From IMG/VR virus record IMGVR_UViG_3300031553_000354, positions 8,787 to 72,786 of that record: a DNA stretch of 64,000 bases; one strand, given 5' to 3'. The notes beneath the pieces are model-generated. The model saw only the letters and a list, made by a program, of their open reading frames with translations, made no database searches and had not been told where the DNA came from. Position numbers and translations under genes: made by a program. How positions within the stretch are numbered: position 1 is the stretch's first letter; the number at the start of each line of letters is the position of its first letter. Source of the DNA: a virus. This document shows, in pieces, positions 39,301 to 46,863 of this stretch.

Positions 39301-40605
39301 CAAGTTGGTGAATCTTATTCCTATCCCGATAGGTTGCAAGTGCTTGCGAATACGGCGCCATGGTCAGACGAATACAAAAAAGTTTTGAAACAATGTAAAT
39401 TATTAAAAAGGCACGGCCTATTAGATGAAGAAGACCAGGTTAAAGTGGATGAATCTCAGAGACAACATGATGCAATTATGAGAAAATATGATTTTTATGA
39501 ACACCGATTTTCCCACAGCAAATGGCTAACTCCTAGTTCCGAATATAATTTAATGTCCCAAAATGAAAATATTAAAGCCGCCGCAAAATATAATATTGTT
39601 GAAAGATTAATGGGCGCGGCATGGGAACGACTACAAGAATTTAAAATGCCCGTTATATCTAGCAAACTTTTTCCATATTATACAAGTGAAGAAATGTACG
39701 AGCGTCAAATTGGAGGTAGTTTTTCTGGAAATTGGTCTAGACCCATTCATGATTATATAAGACCATGGTGGCATAGTTTTTTGCTATCAACGGGTCCTGT
39801 CGAATCTGCAGCGAAACTCGGATTCGCAGGAGGAATGTTTGGGGGACCCCCAGGTGCTGCTATTGGTGTAGGGGCGGGACTGTTGTATGGCGCTGGAAGA
39901 AGTGCTACCGGAGCGGGCACTTGGGTTCCAGGAGAAGTTAAAAGAATTCGGGAAATTGATGAATATTTCGATGCTTTAGAATATATAAAAAATCAACAAT
40001 TGTATGAACAAACCGGAGATCCGGAATATCTTAAACGCTCAAGAGAAACAATTTATGGCGTTACTCCAATGAGCACTCCGGCGGAATTTTATAGATCAGC
40101 CCCATATATGGAACGACCATTTTTCTGGTCATTTGCTTCCGTTCGAGACAAAACTCAACAAGATAGAATTAAACAAAGAGTTTCGCCAACTATGAGAAAA
40201 CTTTTAGAATTTTATTGGTCTGGAGATAAGAAATTTACCAATCCCATGATAGAAGATTACAATCCAGGATTTCGAATGCCAGCAGAAGATTGGATGGGAT
40301 GGAGAGAAGATATCCCATTGGAAGATATCCAGGTTAAAACTGTTAAAATGGAGGGCTACGATGCCCACGATTTTGGATTGGGATGGAAGCCTCAAGAATT
40401 AAGAATGCATAATTCTCCATATGCGATCAAGCCAATAGATATTTCCAGTCCTTCGGGGATTTCTTATGGCCAAGAAAATTTGGATGCCATTGATATAAAG
40501 AATTTCATTCAGAATGTTTTACAGAGATATGGCATAACGAATGCAAATATAACTGTTACAAAATCACAAGGCAAAGGCGCCACCATTTCTTTGAATATTA
40601 GTTAA
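33394..40605 (+). CDS. Giant tape-measure-position/internal virion protein containing an intein and a Cas4/RecB-like domain
   Basis: 2403 aa after tail chaperones; Gly-rich hydrophobic patches (GGPPGAAIGVGAGLLYG); intein and PD-(D/E)XK-like motifs. Confidence 0.7.
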   Translation: MYQNYSYEQRENLDYRDRQLPSPLKTIGAGAFSLLAFVVIRGAAIRGSSAASKALSRNLGRVVRSVEGVAWTKSYRNLRAAALTNARAEARQFGVLTPKDVGIAATVKEIPLIQRARAKFTTTFAKQFKARRQYYYRDLGLREKELYAALKDGYHPRALDQRLKALKTFMKPDGAFSARFMAAAGKWGERYAKMIPGFYVADQALGLFEKERPEHPKPAWYNIPGHVAGMVRFGIGFAPIDLAFCGALRFFRYGRAVAAKSAQLGVREFPHVREGFTKAVETLHVKGAQWHASISKHWAARRHGAWPSIQELKRSIKERKAPHSMDIARLYSDIVKDAKVQRKPYFRMEQQLNQILGVLGMRKDPELLREMAGSTEIKKAFHEVLGKYERRPTQTFIEYALKTPQRPADWGPRRLSTTAHIKRYAKEAHWDPETTNNALKLLGGKELYYGKNILRKGNFSMFNASFTAGKIIDVMGKWKMPFINWHPFERMMITGIPKIGIPSKGSAFRILDEKQSALMAEAAIGADLNVTRSPQLKIGEYFMRIGDHVFRFSPEKLIKRISGHWKVSVDTITAGERRHFQGLVESQTDYKHTGWLGHLRQKFELGQSPHFIGRRLKEFVIQDFNPESPHVLMNEKGKFVNMLKQLQGDKILSPREQKEFINYSRAVGRHLYGSEQTALEIFHNNQGLRGKVLDVLGGVDAKKAKKILNDTNIDKVIDDLSLFDYALPETYSQRTVQEVRRALHDVQNLVGADREFLLRSRATVVGQASNLTVQDYLMGQYFKKTLENYSQVGKITEGMYDKIFKSIDDAFISKTEKSKAKSLFVSMKINHPMADYLNQEVINSLDTVGHLKDIIAPNENLLREVFKLDYKSLRESVKINRFMRDTLIPLEVRGYMGPINEIWRVHGRGAPSAPKDLFGAAPGFGDMIKSDFKKFFKISDSATQINYEPYITKQSMLLNRWAIRPFNMTLGWIGLDLQYRSNAEFMKKFLWKRALAIPAAIYGYRAIDTFLTVNPLLDHTIFDDGLTSAGAQAIGKANIARAEVFDTLGITDFAQYMEGLMPGSVESPAAKLIRGAVLPILGRRFGGGPGLMIGLGASAATGFGLPDLTNTADELRDIYSGRKLTPVRSGRFWETSKLSYFGGRISSFQPSWYTKIVSQYKYTDAALGTKLESLLYTGPLQVLTDPYHYERCVTQDAKIVMDDGIPKPIKKLDIGDYVLSHDGYPHKILNIWDANIDEQIIKIVTHGACKYPICSTNEHRYLTIRTKQCPKRNNRIAYCKKQSWTKCKNCKYKYFENYEVQWLRADELKCGDYLAYPKPKLSENLFELDIPKLHKHWNGRAWIRPRQKYDIPNKVKITPELFRLFGYYLAEGCIQQKRTIKFSLCIDEMDIVKDIDNICNKLFGLNITYRNTPEHKRIDVYLSNSRLAKWFEMFGRGAINKSIPSDLLNAPKDCLEQFIVGFYRGDGTYKGHNISISAATISEQLIMQLRYILLGLGYVPHLNGANANSNSRPNNIYMLEIHGQDANKLRQIIGWPISKNPMPDKYHWSDENYIYFKIKNVEHIDYIGKIYDLKIENSHSFVSVNAILHNTHYYDRPYPTTAPLFSDIPVVGSLADMTIGRLLKPQTMMHEDELEAAQMGFDVETKDRILPGYNRNTMPPLHEARPGYFAPRHTVPSVSMKGMLGESFYRLTEGAGLRGFMTQSLLGVEGIGQYAPVYDDASAITSFGHQFWDMQIGGGLATEAWRRLYPRERFKNLVNPIRNLMPTWLPEDFHFGDPFTKIKGGLILLPSRAHEKMYRVKRDFPISLEYFGYEPGEAAGRLLKLIRPEREEEYHYSFIKELVQKQLLMNRQLLTKDVPLFDPWSKLEGAVDAVIMNQSGQPELMQIKATTAEKLGFMQQPKPAHVSQLNFAMRQMKKRYGQILYVAADNPELTQSFYVEYSAERFHNDMLRMNEARKLASDMLLKGIGQVGESYSYPDRLQVLANTAPWSDEYKKVLKQCKLLKRHGLLDEEDQVKVDESQRQHDAIMRKYDFYEHRFSHSKWLTPSSEYNLMSQNENIKAAAKYNIVERLMGAAWERLQEFKMPVISSKLFPYYTSEEMYERQIGGSFSGNWSRPIHDYIRPWWHSFLLSTGPVESAAKLGFAGGMFGGPPGAAIGVGAGLLYGAGRSATGAGTWVPGEVKRIREIDEYFDALEYIKNQQLYEQTGDPEYLKRSRETIYGVTPMSTPAEFYRSAPYMERPFFWSFASVRDKTQQDRIKQRVSPTMRKLLEFYWSGDKKFTNPMIEDYNPGFRMPAEDWMGWREDIPLEDIQVKTVKMEGYDAHDFGLGWKPQELRMHNSPYAIKPIDISSPSGISYGQENLDAIDIKNFIQNVLQRYGITNANITVTKSQGKGATISLNIS
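36967..38163 (+). mobile_element. Intein with LAGLIDADG endonuclease (399 aa)
   Basis: Starts CVTQDAKIV; block B TNEHRY; LFGYYLAEG and FIVGFYRGDG; ends IYDLKIENSHSFV...LHN followed by Thr. Confidence 0.93.
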
Positions 40606-40607
40606 TT

Positions 40608-43600
40608 ATGCCAATTATTTACGATTCAGAAGAAGACCAGTTTCACGACAGGCATGGATATCTATTTCCATCTGTCTTATTGGGTGGCGGGTTCATGGCG
40701 TGGAAAAAATATTATGGATCTCCACAGCTTGGAAGAAAATTTTCTCCCCGCGCATTCATAGGATTTGTCAAAGATCTAAGCCCCCAAGATTATATGAGGA
40801 AATATCTTACAAGGCCGGATAAACCAGAGCTCCCACTTCAACGCAGGCTGGTGGAAACAGCAGTAGAATACGAAAAAAGCAAATCGGTAGTGGAGTTTCT
40901 TACCGACGCGGATTTGAAAACTATTCGCGAAATCGGCAAAGCCATACCAACTCCAATTAAAGCAGAGGAGATGGAATTTAAACGCCAAGTAATTAGGCGA
41001 TTTAATCCAGCAACTTATGATTTGGTAAGAACTAATTTGGAAAAAACTCAGGAAGTTTTTAATGAATTGCTCGAAAATGTCGAAGAATCTAAACATTTGC
41101 AAAGTGTTCTCAAACAACAACTTGAGCGATATAGATTTAGAAAATCCCGCCTACTTATACATTCAAAATTTTCTGAAATTATTAATCCAGAAATGTTGAA
41201 AAGCGAAGCAGAACAAGCAGTTTTGATGAGACAATTGCAGGATACGCAAAAGAAACAAACTCAGGAAGCTAGAAGGCTCGCACAAATACTTCAAAGGGAA
41301 TCTCCAGAAACTATAGTAAATCTAAAAATTCCAAAAGTTTTGGAGCGAGTTGATCCAGCTATTATGATAGATGAAAGACGAGCAAGATTCCAACCTGCAG
41401 GTAAAACAATTAGTGATACGGGTGTTAAATTATCTTATACAGGATATAAATCATTTCTTCAGAAGCTCAGAAGGGCAAGAGTTGATTCCAAAGCTATCGC
41501 CGCAATTGAAACTATAGATCCGCTATTGAAACAGCATTTAAATGAGCTTGCTCACACAAAAGCCCAAATTACATATGCATTGCGAGATAATGCGTTCAAT
41601 TTGCAAGCTGTAATCAAATTATCTATTCAGGTCAAAGAAGAAGGCAAAAGAGAAGTTGTTAATTTGAAAATCCCCCTTACTCGCGGCGGAAGATTAAGAA
41701 TCAATGGGACGGGCTATATCCCCCAAAGATATAAGGGCATTAGGCCACTCATTCCTGAAATAGAACGAATTGAATCCGATATTTATGAATCGATGATTCG
41801 CAATTTGAATAAAAGATTTAAAAGCGAAGTTTGGCATAAAGTAATGGAAGGAGATGTTCAGGGTGGAGAGCGATCTATTAATGCATTAATTAAAGAACCA
41901 ATTGGTGAAAGATTAATCATGGAATCTGGGCGTCCGGCGCACGATTTTATTGAACAAAATATAGTTCAGGATGCTAGGCTCGGCTACCTATCACAACAAT
42001 TTGGAAATGACGAACATATTGTTCTTGATCGGTTCAAAAAAATGCAAAAACTTAAATTGCTTTTATTGGAAGGCGATGGAAAATTAAAACTGCCAAATAG
42101 ATATGCATTTATAGATTTTGAAACATTTGGAACGAAAACAAATTTCCTTCCGCATCAAGTGACTGTGGGCATAATCGAAAATGGTGCAGTTGTTGATTGG
42201 TATACAGGAAAAATTGATCCTCGAAGTATTAATATCAATTATACTTTCCCGGAAGTTGATTTAAAACTATCATTCAAAGGAAAAACAAGAGAACAGGTCA
42301 TAAAAGAATTTACCGAAATGGGTCAACCCATTAGCAAAGTTCGAAGAGATTTAGAGGATTTTTTAAAAAAACATGCAAAAGGGGGAAAGCTTCCAGTTGC
42401 TGCATGGAATGCCGGATTTGATGTTGATAGAGTGATGGGTCAGCAATTTTTAGGAGCCAAAGCATATTTAGGAGAAACTTGGGATCCAATGGATCTCCAA
42501 AAAGCTATTGATCCAGATGTCCAAGCCTCGGTTTCTCTTAAATCTGTTGGACAGTCGCGAAAAATCTTTATTCCAATTTCCTCAAAAAAAGATTTGACTC
42601 TTAATAAGAAAATTATTGAATTATTTAAAAAAGATCATAATCTGATGTCCATTTTAAAAGATAAGGATCCCGGATTTCATGGTAAATTAATGAAAGCAGT
42701 TTCCGAGAAACAGATAAGAAATATAGTGATGCATGAAGCATCAATTGATGTACTTATAGCAAACAAAGTTTTCCAAGATATTACGAAAGACATTAATTTG
42801 CATTCCGCTGTGGTGATGCGCGATTTGAATGCAATGTTATTGACTTATCATCGGGCGCTAACCCATTCAATAAATCCCATAGATATTAATCATTGGACTA
42901 CCAGAGCATTGGGACATAATTTTCTATCTCTTTCCCCTCGTCAAATTTTACAAGGTAAATTTACGAAGTTTGATGTCAGAGATTTAGCTCCTCTTTCAAG
43001 ATTAGGTATAGATCCAACCCGGCCATTTTATCAGCAATGGGCATCTGCACATTTGATCACCAAAGATGTTCCTGATCTAGTTACAAAAACTTATAAGAAA
43101 ATTGCCGATAAATATGGCGAGCTCTTCAAATCGATGGATACGCTGACAATTTTTAATCCATTAACTGCAGAAAATGCTGGATTAATAGATTTTCAGACCG
43201 CAGATGAAATGGCAATCAAAACCGGAACAAAAGTCGTTAGAATCCCCCATACAGGCAAATTGAAACTCATACCGGAACTCAAAGAAGCCTTTGAGCAAAT
43301 AAAATCGGCAAAGACTCCGAGAGGTCGCGAAATAGTTTTATCGAAGTTAAGACAGAAGATGGCAAAAAGCTACCAAAAGGGATTTCATTTTAAAGAATGG
43401 CTGCCGGGATTTACTTTACTTGGAGAAGCAGAAGGATTTACATTTAATACTTCAACGCCGATGATGTCGACAATTGAAAATATCGAATATAATAATGAAA
43501 ATAAAGAAATAGCTATACGCCTTCAAACCGCCAGCCGTCCTGAAAAATATGGGCATCCGATGAAAGTTTTTGCATATCCATACAAAGGGATGTTAACTCC

Positions 43601-46600
43601 CATAGAGGGATTAAGATCGATTACTTGGGTTGACGCTGTCCTTCGCAAGGATCTTGCGAAGCGCGGCAGAATGTCAGTCATGTTGGGCCAAATTCAAAGG
43701 TTAACTAGGAATTTCCAGGCTATTCATTCGAAGTTAACCCCAGCTCAAACATTCCAGTTTTTTGAAACAGTTAAAACTTTTGTGGATAAAATAAATTCTA
43801 TGGGTGGCATCAAACTAAATTGGCAAATCAACAAAGGTATGCTTCAATTTATAGATGAAATAACTGGCAAAGAATGGCAAAAATTGGATGTCGGAAAGAT
43901 TGAAAAAAATTGGTTGCAATTTTCTGACGGTGAATGGGTCAAATTCATGAAAGAATATTCTCAAAAAATCCGCCATATGATGATTTCATTTGGGATTAAA
44001 TATTCCAGGCATGATCCTCGCTTGCCTTATTGGACTCAAGGTCAAATCGAATCAATGTTATCAACTGAATGGGGTCGACGGTATCCCAAAAAATTAGTAT
44101 TTGCTGATTTGTCTCGGGCTGAACAAAATTTATTCCGGGAAAGAATAGAAGTAGAAATGCATGAACAGTTATCAAAAAGTGAATTATCCAAATTTTTCAC
44201 CAAAACGGAATTGGAGCGTTGGAAATCGGGAACGTTAATGAAAGGCCATCTTTCTTTGATTCAGCTCTTTGGTGGTTCTTGGGGAATATTGGAAGTTACT
44301 CCAGCATCAAGAGCATATGAAGCTGGGGAATTATATGCTAAAGGTGCAGATATAAAAGTTCCCCGATTGGATGAACTAGTTGTGTCGGGGCCAATAGCCC
44401 AGAGAATCGCGCGCACATTTACGGGCGAACAGCGCGATATGATGAACTATATGTCAAATATCCAACCGCTTTTGAGATATGGAGTTTTGCCGGAATCTCA
44501 TTATCCAATCATAAAAGCTTCAGAAATAAAACTTGATCCCATAACTACTCATTTAGGATTTAGAGAAGAAATCGGCATAATAGAAGATAAATCATTTAGA
44601 ATTAAATGTGTTGAAACTGGTGAAATTTTTAATTCTCTTGAGGAAGTTCCGGATCGTTATTTGAAACAATATACATTAAGACCTATGGGAATGAACGCTT
44701 ACATGCATCCTAAAACTTTAGAAACGATGTATGGACAGCAACCATCCATAGTAGAATTCAATATAGGAAAAAAGAAAATTTATCTTCCTAGGCCGGCATT
44801 ATCATTTATTAGGGGAGCTCCGGCAAAGGTCACGAAAAGTGGTGATCCCTATACCATAGTTGGAAAAGAGATTCAAACGTTTAAAAACCTATTAGTTGAA
44901 GCCGCAGATTACGAGAAGATTAAGGGGGATGAGGCTAAACGCCTATTTGAAAGAAAGTTCTTTTCAAGAGTTGAAGATTATAAAAATATGATATTAACAG
45001 ATAAAGCCGCATATATAAAAATGACCCAACCAACGATTCCTGGAGTTCAAGGCAAGATTTCCATGGCATTTGCCCCAGGAATGGCTAAATCACTGGGACT
45101 GCCACAAGATATGTTTAGTCATATAACTACAGGATTTGGAGTGCAAGGGGTATCTGTAGAATCGATGGGCGAAGAATATTTTAGTAAAGCCATGGATGCC
45201 CATCAGGTGAAAGAAGGAGTAAGTATTGGAAAATATAGGGGCGCCACTGGATCGATTTATCTGGATAAATTGGCATTTAGGGAAGCTCTTCTCGAAGGTA
45301 AAGAATTACTTGCAGGAACTATTATTAGAACTCCCGCAGAAAACCGATTCGCATTTTTTGATACGTTAGTCACTGTGAAGAAAGATCAAGCGGCTGGAAT
45401 GCGACTCCAACTTAGAGAAGCGATTACAACTCATTATGATTATGATGGAGACATAGGGCGTTTAGTATTTGCAGATTTTTCTCCCCAGGAACAAGAGCAG
45501 GGTTTGAAAGATCTTATGAATAAACAACACATTGATCGAGAAACCCATGCTACATTAGCTAAAAGAATTAAAAAGCTTCAGGAAAATGTTCTTGAATATG
45601 AAACTGGCAAAGACGCAGCAACCAAAAAACATATTGTCAAAGAACTTGAACAAATTCAAGAACTTGAAAAAACAATGAATGTCAATGTCTATGGTCAAGG
45701 TATTTGGGTAAGGGAAGCCAGACCAGCAGCAACTCCAAAAGAAATTAAATTGGGAATCGGCGATGAAATGAGATTTCGGAAAATGAATTTGCATCAATTT
45801 ATGAAGGAATTGCCATCTATTGATCTTCCAGAAAGATTAATCAAATTGCCCGGCGAAGAATTGAGGCAACATCTTTCTAATATGCTTACGAAAACTGCCA
45901 CAGCTTACTCCTATCGAAAAGCAATGACAATGCGGGCAGCTACTAAATTATTTGGCGGGAAATTAACTGAAAAATATTTGGATTTATATAATGAACTAGT
46001 TGGAAAAGTTACTGCATTCAAAAAAGTTCCATATGAAAAAGCAGAGCAAATTACTCGGGCATTGTTAGAACCAGAAGCTGGAGAATCAAAGAAAATTATG
46101 GGGGAAGTTTTAAATAAGGATGCAGAACAGCTTTGGCCCCAATTTAAAGAATGGCATGCCGCATTGAATCGCAGCATGATGAGGAAAGAAGTTAATGACC
46201 TAATTAGTTCTGGAATGAAACGCTCTCCAATTACTGGTGGACAATTGGCATTATGGGGCCCAAGTGTAGAACTTCCCGGAACAAAGAGTCGCGCGATTTT
46301 AGATTTTTGGGGCAAAGAAAAATTCCTCGATAGCTTTAAGCGGCATGGAAAAAAAGGCGGCCTTGCAATAGCATTGGCCGCTCTTGTTGCGCCAATTTTT
46401 TTGCCACATGATAATTCATATGATAAAGAAGGATATCCGATAATACCGACCAGCTTCAATGTGGCCCAGCCGGTATTTCCAGCACCTATTCACGTAGTAC
46501 CAAATGATCCAACAACTTATCCCGTAAGGACATTTAAACCTCAGATTGTAGATCCGCTACTTATTAACTTTGGTTCTGACAATAATTTAACAACGAGACG

Positions 46601-46640
46601 AAATAGTGGTCGATATCCAAATAAGTTGAAAAATTACTGA
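40608..46640 (+). CDS. Putative single-chain two-barrel RNA polymerase fused to a DEDDh exonuclease (candidate virion RNAP)
   Basis: FIDFET, WNAGFD, HEASID exonuclease motifs; MKVFAYPYKG...VDAVL (beta-like); IIRTP...DYDGD (beta-prime-like). Confidence 0.7.
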   Translation: MPIIYDSEEDQFHDRHGYLFPSVLLGGGFMAWKKYYGSPQLGRKFSPRAFIGFVKDLSPQDYMRKYLTRPDKPELPLQRRLVETAVEYEKSKSVVEFLTDADLKTIREIGKAIPTPIKAEEMEFKRQVIRRFNPATYDLVRTNLEKTQEVFNELLENVEESKHLQSVLKQQLERYRFRKSRLLIHSKFSEIINPEMLKSEAEQAVLMRQLQDTQKKQTQEARRLAQILQRESPETIVNLKIPKVLERVDPAIMIDERRARFQPAGKTISDTGVKLSYTGYKSFLQKLRRARVDSKAIAAIETIDPLLKQHLNELAHTKAQITYALRDNAFNLQAVIKLSIQVKEEGKREVVNLKIPLTRGGRLRINGTGYIPQRYKGIRPLIPEIERIESDIYESMIRNLNKRFKSEVWHKVMEGDVQGGERSINALIKEPIGERLIMESGRPAHDFIEQNIVQDARLGYLSQQFGNDEHIVLDRFKKMQKLKLLLLEGDGKLKLPNRYAFIDFETFGTKTNFLPHQVTVGIIENGAVVDWYTGKIDPRSININYTFPEVDLKLSFKGKTREQVIKEFTEMGQPISKVRRDLEDFLKKHAKGGKLPVAAWNAGFDVDRVMGQQFLGAKAYLGETWDPMDLQKAIDPDVQASVSLKSVGQSRKIFIPISSKKDLTLNKKIIELFKKDHNLMSILKDKDPGFHGKLMKAVSEKQIRNIVMHEASIDVLIANKVFQDITKDINLHSAVVMRDLNAMLLTYHRALTHSINPIDINHWTTRALGHNFLSLSPRQILQGKFTKFDVRDLAPLSRLGIDPTRPFYQQWASAHLITKDVPDLVTKTYKKIADKYGELFKSMDTLTIFNPLTAENAGLIDFQTADEMAIKTGTKVVRIPHTGKLKLIPELKEAFEQIKSAKTPRGREIVLSKLRQKMAKSYQKGFHFKEWLPGFTLLGEAEGFTFNTSTPMMSTIENIEYNNENKEIAIRLQTASRPEKYGHPMKVFAYPYKGMLTPIEGLRSITWVDAVLRKDLAKRGRMSVMLGQIQRLTRNFQAIHSKLTPAQTFQFFETVKTFVDKINSMGGIKLNWQINKGMLQFIDEITGKEWQKLDVGKIEKNWLQFSDGEWVKFMKEYSQKIRHMMISFGIKYSRHDPRLPYWTQGQIESMLSTEWGRRYPKKLVFADLSRAEQNLFRERIEVEMHEQLSKSELSKFFTKTELERWKSGTLMKGHLSLIQLFGGSWGILEVTPASRAYEAGELYAKGADIKVPRLDELVVSGPIAQRIARTFTGEQRDMMNYMSNIQPLLRYGVLPESHYPIIKASEIKLDPITTHLGFREEIGIIEDKSFRIKCVETGEIFNSLEEVPDRYLKQYTLRPMGMNAYMHPKTLETMYGQQPSIVEFNIGKKKIYLPRPALSFIRGAPAKVTKSGDPYTIVGKEIQTFKNLLVEAADYEKIKGDEAKRLFERKFFSRVEDYKNMILTDKAAYIKMTQPTIPGVQGKISMAFAPGMAKSLGLPQDMFSHITTGFGVQGVSVESMGEEYFSKAMDAHQVKEGVSIGKYRGATGSIYLDKLAFREALLEGKELLAGTIIRTPAENRFAFFDTLVTVKKDQAAGMRLQLREAITTHYDYDGDIGRLVFADFSPQEQEQGLKDLMNKQHIDRETHATLAKRIKKLQENVLEYETGKDAATKKHIVKELEQIQELEKTMNVNVYGQGIWVREARPAATPKEIKLGIGDEMRFRKMNLHQFMKELPSIDLPERLIKLPGEELRQHLSNMLTKTATAYSYRKAMTMRAATKLFGGKLTEKYLDLYNELVGKVTAFKKVPYEKAEQITRALLEPEAGESKKIMGEVLNKDAEQLWPQFKEWHAALNRSMMRKEVNDLISSGMKRSPITGGQLALWGPSVELPGTKSRAILDFWGKEKFLDSFKRHGKKGGLAIALAALVAPIFLPHDNSYDKEGYPIIPTSFNVAQPVFPAPIHVVPNDPTTYPVRTFKPQIVDPLLINFGSDNNLTTRRNSGRYPNKLKNY

Positions 46641-46644
46641 AAAA

Positions 46645-46655
46645 GATAAATAATA
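46645..46655 (+). promoter_or_regulatory. Candidate promoter motif GATAAATAATA (copy 3)
   Basis: Intergenic; 8 nt before ATG 46664. Confidence 0.5.
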
Positions 46656-46663
46656 ATATCACG

Positions 46664-46861
46664 ATGCTGTATCGCATACAAATTTCAGGAAAATTTACTA
46701 AACCCATTGATATTCAAGGACTTGAGAGCAATCTCGAATCCCTATTTAAAAATCTAACTGGAGAAAATGTAACCATTTTCAATAATAGTTCTCCCGCTCC
46801 TAAGAAAAACTGGAAAAACCCATCCCCCATTGGGATACAATTGAATCCATTGGGAAAATAA
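46664..46861 (+). CDS. Small hypothetical protein
   Basis: 65-aa ORF filling the gap between two giant genes. Confidence 0.5.
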   Translation: MLYRIQISGKFTKPIDIQGLESNLESLFKNLTGENVTIFNNSSPAPKKNWKNPSPIGIQLNPLGK

Positions 46862-46863
46862 TT

